IMG/VR virus record: IMGVR_UViG_3300029787_000063
Location: 1 to 54,208 of that record
DNA length: 54,208 nt
DNA from: a virus
Lineage: Duplodnaviria > Caudoviricetes
Strand: one strand, 5' to 3'
The notes beneath the pieces were generated by a model. It saw nothing but the letters and a program-made list of their open reading frames with translations, searched no databases and was not told the origin of the DNA. Position 1 is the stretch's first letter. Every line of letters begins with the position of its first letter. The position numbers and the translations under genes are program-made. Below, piece by piece: positions 1 to 6,871 of this stretch.

Positions 1-885
1 ATACACAATGCGCGACCTGTACCATTAGAAAATGTATCAACCTTAAAAGATGTAGAAGATGAACTCAGAGACTTTGTTAAAAATGGTTTTAAGCCCGGTT
101 ATCAAATTGGACTTAAAAACTTCGATAAAATATTTTCAACTTACACTGGTCAGTTCATTACTGTTACTGGTATTCCTTCTAGCGGTAAGTCTGACTTCGT
201 TGATCAAATGGTTGTTGGTTACAATAATCTATACGGTTGGAAAACTGCGTATGCTAGCCCTGAAAATCAACCGGTCTACTTACACGCGCACAAATTAATG
301 CGTAAACATTGGCAAGATATGCCAAGAACTGATGATATTGGCAATGATAAATGGCAAAACGTAACTAACCATGTAAACGACAATTATTTCTTTATTGATA
401 TGGACAAATATAGTTTAGAGTCTGTACTGCGTAAAGGCGCAGAGCTTGTTAAACGTAAAGGTATTAAATGTTTAGTTCTTGACCCATTTAATAAGATCAG
501 AGACGTCGATGCTAAGTCAGATGATGTAAACCGTTACACAATGGATTATCTAGCTAAGATCGAAGCTTTTTGTAAAAAGTATGATGTATTAACTTTTATT
601 GTAGCTCACCCTACTAAAATGTATAAAACACAAGATGGTAAAATTGAAGAGCCTACAATGTACAATATAAAAGGTGGTGGTGAATGGTATGATGCTAGTT
701 ACCATGGGTTATTGGTACACAGAGATTACGAAGCAAAAACAACTAAAGTTAAAGTACTTAAAGTTAAGTTTCAAAATCTAGGTGAAAACGGTGCTGAATC
801 ACATTTTACATGGGAGCCACGTTCTGGTAGTTTTATACCACACGAATCTGCAGTTGACGAAGCAGAGCCAATGCCTTGGGAATAA
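1..885 (+). CDS. DNA primase-helicase, SF4 (T7 gp4/Twinkle-like) helicase domain, 5'-truncated by the window edge
   Basis: Frame 1 is open from base 1 (IHNARPVPLENV...). Walker A GIPSSGKS lies just before the listed ATG at 208. Walker B LVLDPFN and the IVAHP and IKGGGEW motifs are typical of SF4 helicases. Confidence 0.9.
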   Translation: MHNARPVPLENVSTLKDVEDELRDFVKNGFKPGYQIGLKNFDKIFSTYTGQFITVTGIPSSGKSDFVDQMVVGYNNLYGWKTAYASPENQPVYLHAHKLMRKHWQDMPRTDDIGNDKWQNVTNHVNDNYFFIDMDKYSLESVLRKGAELVKRKGIKCLVLDPFNKIRDVDAKSDDVNRYTMDYLAKIEAFCKKYDVLTFIVAHPTKMYKTQDGKIEEPTMYNIKGGGEWYDASYHGLLVHRDYEAKTTKVKVLKVKFQNLGENGAESHFTWEPRSGSFIPHESAVDEAEPMPWE

Positions 886-1149
886 ATGGTTTGGCAGAAG
901 AAACGTACAGGTAAACAACCTACAGCTAGAACATGGACACCAGAAGAAATGAAAGCTGTTGGTTGGTGTTTATCAAATAATATATTTATAAGCTGTATAC
1001 CAAACTGGAAAGAAAAAGGTATTAATTGGTTTATAGATATTAAGATAAATAAAAACGTGCATAGAGATCCTACCAAGTACGAAGATGAAGAAGTGTTTAA
1101 AAAAATATATGAATATTACAAATACTATTATGACAAACATAAAAAATGA
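886..1149 (+). CDS. hypothetical protein
   Basis: 87-aa ORF abutting the helicase stop and overlapping the next gene; no motif recognised. Confidence 0.7.
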   Translation: MVWQKKRTGKQPTARTWTPEEMKAVGWCLSNNIFISCIPNWKEKGINWFIDIKINKNVHRDPTKYEDEEVFKKIYEYYKYYYDKHKK

Positions 1150-1789
1150 TTTTTATACCGCTAATGAAGCTTTTGAGTATTTTTATAAATACATAAGTAA
1201 ATATGGTACAGACTTCAGAGATACTAAAACTTTATTTAATGTAGGATTTTCAATACATAAACCAATGAAAAATGATATAGTAATTAAAGAACGTAAATGG
1301 AGTAAAGAGTATGCTGAGGCTGAATGGCAATGGTATTTATCTGGTGATCGTAATATAAAAAAACTAGGTAAAATATATGGTAAAATACCTGAAATATGGA
1401 AACGTATGGCTGATAAAAATGGTAACGTAAACTCTAATTATGGTTGGCAATGGCAACGTAATGATCAATTAGATAAAGTTATTAACTTACTAAAGCATGA
1501 TAAATATACTAGGCAAGCTGCTATATCAATATATGATGCTAAAGAGTTTGATAGCTACTCATATGATACGCCTTGTACATATGCTGTGCAGTTTACAATT
1601 GTAGATAATAGATTACATATGAGTGTTGTTATGCGTAGTAATGATTTATGGTACGGCTTTTGCAACGATCAATATTGTTTTTCTAAGTTACAAGAACTTG
1701 TAGCTAAAGAAATAAATATGGATGTTGGTATGTATTATCATTTTGCACATAACTTACATATATATAACGATAAACTAAATTTACTATGA
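1130..1789 (+). CDS. thymidylate synthase-fold enzyme, probably dCMP hydroxymethylase/methylase-like (T4 gp42 type)
   Basis: Catalytic DTPC, MRSNDLWYGFCND, HNLHIY and NSNYGW motifs. Asp rather than Asn at the specificity position. ATG 1130 is preferred over the ORF-track start at 1085. Confidence 0.85.
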   Translation: MTNIKNDFYTANEAFEYFYKYISKYGTDFRDTKTLFNVGFSIHKPMKNDIVIKERKWSKEYAEAEWQWYLSGDRNIKKLGKIYGKIPEIWKRMADKNGNVNSNYGWQWQRNDQLDKVINLLKHDKYTRQAAISIYDAKEFDSYSYDTPCTYAVQFTIVDNRLHMSVVMRSNDLWYGFCNDQYCFSKLQELVAKEINMDVGMYYHFAHNLHIYNDKLNLL

Positions 1790-2592
1790 CATACTACTTA
1801 TATCACATACCAGGCAAAAAGGTTGGTGTAACAACTAATCTTGAAGAACGTGTTCACAAACAACAAGGTTATTATCCTGGTGAATACGAAATAATAGAAA
1901 CATCTGATGATATAGACTTTATATCTTTAGGTGAGCAGATAATGCAAAGAAACTACGGCTATAAGGTAGATGAAGTACCTTATAATAAACTTAAATTTAA
2001 TAATATGAAAATGAATATAAATGTTACAGAGCAAACAACAACCTTCCCTTGCCCTGTTAACAAGTTAAAAGGAAGGTTAATGGACTGTACAGGTATGACT
2101 TGGAATACTGAGTTTGGTTCTTGTATAATAACAAAAGAGTCTATAAAATGGATTATAGATAATGTTAAAGAGTCTATGTATAATCCAAAAAGATGTTATA
2201 TATATAACAAAGCATTTGCTAGATACTTTGATAATAACGATCCATACAACAATAAAACAATAACTGGTGGTTTATCACCTGAAAATCAAAACGGTAGAGT
2301 TGTGTCTAGATTTGATAAAATAAGATTATGGGCTCTTGAAAGAGGCTTATATGATAAAGGCGATCCTAAAACACAAACATTAAAGTTAATGGAAGAAGCT
2401 GGTGAAATATGTAGAGCTGTGTTAAAAGATGATAGAGAACAAATTATTGATGGTATTGGTGATTGTGTTGTTGTATTAACTAATCTAGCTCGTCTTTCAG
2501 GTACTAATATTGAAGAGTGTATTGATGCTGCGTACGACGAGATAAAAAACAGAACAGGTAAAATGAGTAACGGAACATTTAAAAAAGATTAA
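1786..2592 (+). CDS. fusion of an N-terminal GIY-YIG-like domain and a C-terminal MazG-like NTP pyrophosphohydrolase
   Basis: The C-terminal KLMEEAGEI...IIDGIGDCVVVL is a MazG EExxE/D motif. The N-terminal YYLYHIPGKKVGVTTNLEERV resembles the GIY-YIG core. ATGA overlap with the upstream gene. Confidence 0.8.
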   Translation: MTYYLYHIPGKKVGVTTNLEERVHKQQGYYPGEYEIIETSDDIDFISLGEQIMQRNYGYKVDEVPYNKLKFNNMKMNINVTEQTTTFPCPVNKLKGRLMDCTGMTWNTEFGSCIITKESIKWIIDNVKESMYNPKRCYIYNKAFARYFDNNDPYNNKTITGGLSPENQNGRVVSRFDKIRLWALERGLYDKGDPKTQTLKLMEEAGEICRAVLKDDREQIIDGIGDCVVVLTNLARLSGTNIEECIDAAYDEIKNRTGKMSNGTFKKD

Positions 2593-2593
2593 T

Positions 2594-2872
2594 ATGTCAA
2601 GTAGAGAAATATATGATGCACAAGATGGTATCGCTGTAAGAGAGTCATACGGCTTTCGCGATCCAGTAGTTAAAAACGTAGTTGATAAGTTTGTTAATAG
2701 GTCTAACGTAGGTTATGATAAATATGGCAGAACATTAGATGACGAACGTAGAAATAAACATAAAGATTTATTAGGTTATCTAAACGATATACAAGAAGAG
2801 CTTATGGATGCTATATTATATATACAAGCTGCACGTGAAGAATTAACTGAGTACAATGGCGCGCAGTTATAA
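2594..2872 (+). CDS. small all-alpha NTP-pyrophosphatase-like phage protein
   Basis: GYDKYGRTL...DIQEELMDAILY acidic helix motif resembling MazG/dUTPase all-alpha superfamily members. Confidence 0.55.
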   Translation: MSSREIYDAQDGIAVRESYGFRDPVVKNVVDKFVNRSNVGYDKYGRTLDDERRNKHKDLLGYLNDIQEELMDAILYIQAAREELTEYNGAQL

Positions 2873-3311
2873 GAAAAAGCGTGGTCCCGTTAGAGCAAAA
2901 AAAGTCACATACGACGGGATCAAATTTGCTTCTGGTTTAGAGAAGTATATGTATGTAGCTTTAAAAAAAGCTAAAATAAAAGCTAAATACGAAGGTCAAA
3001 CATATACAATACAAGAAGGTTTTACGTTTAACAACGAGAGTTATGAAAGACAAAGCAACGGTAAAGGTGAGTTAGTTAATAGAGGTTGTAAAAAAATACT
3101 ACCAATTAGATATACTCCTGATTTTATAAGTAGTTCATTTATAATTGAATGTAAAGGTAGAGCTAACGAATCTTTTCCAATGCGTTGGAAATTATTTAAA
3201 AAATATGTAAATATCAACATGAAACATGTAACTTTATATAAACCACAAAACCAGAAGGAATGTGACGAGGTAATTAAATTAATAATCAAAAAATCTAAAA
3301 ATGAAAAATGA
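2856..3311 (+). CDS. PD-(D/E)XK endonuclease, T7 endonuclease I/Holliday-junction resolvase-like
   Basis: FASGLE, YTPDF and IIECKG motifs. Confidence 0.8.
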   Translation: MARSYKKKRGPVRAKKVTYDGIKFASGLEKYMYVALKKAKIKAKYEGQTYTIQEGFTFNNESYERQSNGKGELVNRGCKKILPIRYTPDFISSSFIIECKGRANESFPMRWKLFKKYVNINMKHVTLYKPQNQKECDEVIKLIIKKSKNEK

Positions 3312-3441
3312 TTGGAATTTAAGCCTTGGATTCTTTCCTGGCTTACTATTAGGCGTAAGATCTTATGCCGAAGAATATAGAACAAATCACGTTTTATATT
3401 TAATATTCATAGACATTTGCTTAACAATATATAAAAATTAA
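3301..3441 (+). CDS. small hypothetical protein (46 aa; below ORF-track cutoff)
   Basis: Manual translation MKNDWNLSLGFFPGLLLGVRSYAEEYRTNHVLYLIFIDICLTIYKN*. It fills the gap between the endonuclease and RNR on the coding strand. Confidence 0.65.
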   Translation: MKNDWNLSLGFFPGLLLGVRSYAEEYRTNHVLYLIFIDICLTIYKN

Positions 3442-3445
3442 ATTA

Positions 3446-5317
3446 ATGATAGATTTAAACAATAAAATACTGTCTGATATTACAGTTCATATGAAATATG
3501 CTAAATATATACCTGAGCTTAATAGAAGAGAAACATGGGAAGAGTTGGTCACTCGGAATAAAGAAATGCACCAAAAAAGATACCCAGAATTATACAACCA
3601 AATTGAAGAAACCTACAGATATGTCTATAAGAAAAAAGTTTTACCAAGTATGCGATCGCTACAGTTCAGCGGAAAGCCAATTGAAATTAGTCCAAACCGT
3701 TTATACAACTGTAGCTACTTACCTATCGACCACACTGATAGTTTTAGTGAGTGTATGTTCCTTTTGTTATCTGGCTGCGGTGTTGGTTATAGTGTTCAAA
3801 AACATCATACTACCTCTCTTCCACATATAACAAAACCATTTCAAGGTAGAACTAGACGATTTGTTATTGGTGATTCAATTGAAGGTTGGTCTGATTCAAT
3901 AAAAGTTTTAATTAAGTCTTATTTGGGCTCTAAGAGATCGTCTAAGGTCAAGTTTGATTATTCTGATATTAGACCAAAGGGAGCTAGACTCGTAACCTCT
4001 GGTGGAAAAGCTCCAGGACCACAACCACTAAAAGAGTGTTTACTAAAAATTAAAGGAATATTAGATGCAAAAGAAGATGGAACACAATTGTCCACGTTGG
4101 AAGTTCACGACATCGTCTGTCATATTGCAGATGCTGTATTGGCTGGCGGAATACGACGTGCCGCCCTCATATCATTATTTTCAGCGTACGATGAAGAAAT
4201 GATTTCCTGTAAATCAGGAAGTTGGTGGGAGAAAAACCCACAAAGAGGTAGAGCTAATAACTCTGCTGTTTTAATGAGACATAAAATAACAAAGGAATTT
4301 TTCTTAGATCTGTGGAAACGTATTGAATTATCCGGAGCTGGTGAACCTGGTATCTACTTTAACCATGACAAAGATTGGGGAACTAATCCGTGTTGTGAGA
4401 TTGCCTTGCGACCTTATCAGTTCTGTAACTTGTGCGAAGTTAATGTAAGTGACGTCACAAGCCAAGAGGATTTGAATAGTCGGGTGAAAGCTGCGGCCTT
4501 TATTGGCACGCTTCAAGCAGGTTATACGGAATTCCACTATCTAAGAGAAATATGGCAAGAAACAACAGAACGCGACGCGCTTATAGGTGTGTCCATGACA
4601 GGGATCGGGAGTGCCGTTGTGCTCCAGCTGGATATGAAGGCCGCTGCAAGTATCGTAAAACGAGAAAACACCCGGGTTTCAAAATTAATAGGTATAAACA
4701 AAGCGGCGCGTACAACCTGCATCAAGCCAGCAGGGACTACGTCGCTAGTGCTGGGTACGTCATCAGGTATACATGCTTGGCACAACAATTATTATATAAG
4801 AAGATTAAGAGTAGGTAAAAATGAATCTATATATAATTATTTAAAACAAAATCATCCTGAGCTTGTACAAGATGAATATTTTAGACCACACGACACTGCT
4901 GTTATTGAAATACCACAGTCAGCACCAAAAGGTTCTATATTAAGAACTGAGTCTGCTTTTGACTTACTCAAACGAGTTAAAAAAGTTGCTACCGAATGGG
5001 TTAAACCTGGTCACCGTAAAGGATCAAACACCCACAATGTGTCTGCAACAATTAGTCTAAAAGAAGGTGATTGGAAAAAAGCTGGTGAATGGATGTGGGA
5101 TAACAGAGAGTGTTATAATGGTTTATCTGTACTACCTTACGACGGTGGTACGTATACTCAAGCTCCTTTTGAAGATATAACTAAAAAAGAGTTTGATAAG
5201 TTAGTTAAGCATTTACAAGATATAAATTTAGAAAATGTAATTGAAGAAACTGACGAAACTGATCTATCTGGTGAATTAGCTTGTGCCGGTGGATCTTGCG
5301 AAATAACAAGCTTATAA
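3446..5317 (+). CDS. nrdJ: class II (adenosylcobalamin-dependent) ribonucleotide reductase, monomeric type
   Basis: LPSMRSLQF, YNCSY, GGIRRAALI, TNPCCEI (thiyl-radical Cys), TCIKPAGT and the C-terminal CAGGSC pair; no adjacent beta subunit. Confidence 0.93.
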   Translation: MIDLNNKILSDITVHMKYAKYIPELNRRETWEELVTRNKEMHQKRYPELYNQIEETYRYVYKKKVLPSMRSLQFSGKPIEISPNRLYNCSYLPIDHTDSFSECMFLLLSGCGVGYSVQKHHTTSLPHITKPFQGRTRRFVIGDSIEGWSDSIKVLIKSYLGSKRSSKVKFDYSDIRPKGARLVTSGGKAPGPQPLKECLLKIKGILDAKEDGTQLSTLEVHDIVCHIADAVLAGGIRRAALISLFSAYDEEMISCKSGSWWEKNPQRGRANNSAVLMRHKITKEFFLDLWKRIELSGAGEPGIYFNHDKDWGTNPCCEIALRPYQFCNLCEVNVSDVTSQEDLNSRVKAAAFIGTLQAGYTEFHYLREIWQETTERDALIGVSMTGIGSAVVLQLDMKAAASIVKRENTRVSKLIGINKAARTTCIKPAGTTSLVLGTSSGIHAWHNNYYIRRLRVGKNESIYNYLKQNHPELVQDEYFRPHDTAVIEIPQSAPKGSILRTESAFDLLKRVKKVATEWVKPGHRKGSNTHNVSATISLKEGDWKKAGEWMWDNRECYNGLSVLPYDGGTYTQAPFEDITKKEFDKLVKHLQDINLENVIEETDETDLSGELACAGGSCEITSL

Positions 5318-5331
5318 CTAAAACAATTATT

Positions 5332-5751
5332 ATGAACAAATTATTTTTAACAATGGCTTTAGCTTTGATTACTACTATTGCTTCAGCTCAGTTTTCTGTA
5401 TTAACTACCTTTAACGAAGGAGTTGATTCAACATGGAATGTTACAGATAAAATAGGTATCGGTTACCAAGTAAACGATAAACTATTAATAGCTGCAACTA
5501 AAGATGGTGACGATGCTTATGAGTTATTAGGACGTTATGATGTATACGAAGGTGTTTGGGCTACGTGTATATATAATAGTTATGAAGACTCAGTAGCTGA
5601 AACAAAAGATAGGTTAGATGTAGGTCTAGGTTATTCTTATTGTTTGTGGAAAGCTCTTTATGTTGAGCCTTACTTTACTATGCCACTCAGCAAAGACGCT
5701 GATGGTAAAAGAGAAGGTGAACTTAAATTAGGAGTATCTTACAAATTTTAA
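5332..5751 (+). CDS. small outer-membrane beta-barrel protein with signal peptide
   Basis: Signal peptide MNKLFLTMALALITTIASA|QF, amphipathic beta strands (IGIGYQVN, VGLGYSY, LYVEPYFT) and a C-terminal LKLGVSYKF BAM-type signal. Start reassigned from 5281. Confidence 0.8.
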   Translation: MNKLFLTMALALITTIASAQFSVLTTFNEGVDSTWNVTDKIGIGYQVNDKLLIAATKDGDDAYELLGRYDVYEGVWATCIYNSYEDSVAETKDRLDVGLGYSYCLWKALYVEPYFTMPLSKDADGKREGELKLGVSYKF

Positions 5752-5778
5752 ACTAGTATTAATTAAAACAAAAACAAA

Positions 5779-6021
5779 ATGGAAAAAGTAATGAATTATT
5801 TTACAGGATTTTTTGGTGGATTAGTAACAATTATGATACACATAATACCTGTAACAATTTTATGGAGTCTATTAACAGGAGATGTAATATTCGGTATGGA
5901 TGTTATAGGTAATTTTATGGCGATGATAAACGCTTTAGGTAATGCAGGTTTTGTAGGCCTAGTAGCTTTAGTATTTGCTATGTACTTCTTTATGGACTGT
6001 AAAAAAGACTGCAAAAAATAA
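5779..6021 (+). CDS. small integral membrane protein (2-3 hydrophobic helices)
   Basis: 80 aa, almost entirely hydrophobic and Gly-rich; A-rich leader. Confidence 0.75.
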   Translation: MEKVMNYFTGFFGGLVTIMIHIIPVTILWSLLTGDVIFGMDVIGNFMAMINALGNAGFVGLVALVFAMYFFMDCKKDCKK

Positions 6022-6053
6022 ATTAAATATAAACAATTAAATAAAATTAAATT

Positions 6054-6248
6054 ATGAGTTTTAATAAATTAGATTCTTTATTCGACGATTTGCAAGACAC
6101 TATTAACGATTGTCAAAGTGATGTTAGTAAATTTGTTGAAGGAAATAATTCCGCAGGAACGCGGGTAAGAAAAGCTATGCAAGCTGTTAAACAGTTAGCA
6201 CAAGCTGTTAGAGTTGAAGTTCAAGATCAAAAGAACGCACAATTCTAG
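6054..6248 (+). CDS. histone H1-like protein, Hc1 family
   Basis: KFVEGNNSAGTRVRKAM matches the GNxxAGTRxRK signature of Bacteroidota/Chlamydia Hc1-like proteins. Confidence 0.8.
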   Translation: MSFNKLDSLFDDLQDTINDCQSDVSKFVEGNNSAGTRVRKAMQAVKQLAQAVRVEVQDQKNAQF

Positions 6249-6265
6249 TTTTATATTATTAAATG

Positions 6266-6294
6266 AAAAAGGGAGCTTATTGCTCCCTTTTTTT
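6266..6294. terminator. bidirectional rho-independent terminator between the convergent arms
   Basis: AAAAA-GGGAGC-TTATT-GCTCCC-TTTTTTT: perfect stem with an A-tract and a T-tract on either side. Confidence 0.9.
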
Positions 6295-6310
6295 ATATAA
6301 TCGTTTTATT

Positions 6311-6871
6311 TTAAACGCCTATTACTTTTTCTATATTAGCTGTTTGTACGCCGTCAATCTTTGCTATATTAGCAGGTGCTACACCATTTACATTGTTTCC
6401 ATAGCCACTAGGCGCGGCTGTATAGTCTACTGTTACAAATAATTCATATGCAGTTATACCCTGATTGTTAGGTTCTATTTTTACACTACAATCATTTATA
6501 TACCCCCACGTTAAAGCGCTCTCACCATCTTGTTGTTTTGTTGTAGCACTAGTTGTTTGTGTAGATGATGTACCTGTAAAACTTTCATTTTCTTCTGCAA
6601 AAGCATCATCTTCAGCGTGCACTAAAGACATTTGTACTGTTGATGCCCCAGCTCTACCTGCCTGACCAGTTAAAGATATAGTAAAACTATTAATTGTTGC
6701 GCTTTCAAGTGATGAATCTAAATCTGCTAATACACCTGTAAAATTACAAGTTGTGCTATTTTGTGTTACACCAGTACCTTCATCATTATCACCTATAATA
6801 GTATGTATGTTTGAGCTTGGCCAACCTGTTTGACTTGTTGTACTTGTTGGTCTTATTATTGCTGTTGGCAT
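6311..6871 (-). CDS. tail fibre-associated structural protein
   Basis: Thr/Ser-rich beta-type composition; TAATG coupling with the tail fibre gene. Confidence 0.6.
   Translation of the reverse strand: MPTAIIRPTSTTSQTGWPSSNIHTIIGDNDEGTGVTQNSTTCNFTGVLADLDSSLESATINSFTISLTGQAGRAGASTVQMSLVHAEDDAFAEENESFTGTSSTQTTSATTKQQDGESALTWGYINDCSVKIEPNNQGITAYELFVTVDYTAAPSGYGNNVNGVAPANIAKIDGVQTANIEKVIGV

Noticed and set aside
1130-1789. Annotation as canonical thyA
   Set aside because: It lacks the PFN Asn and has Asp at that position, so no gene symbol was assigned.
4328-4818. Antisense and alternative-frame ORFs within nrdJ (4328..4537, 4537..4788, 4552..4818)
   Set aside because: They lie wholly inside a well-supported gene, have no motifs, and are explained by locally high GC reducing stop codons.
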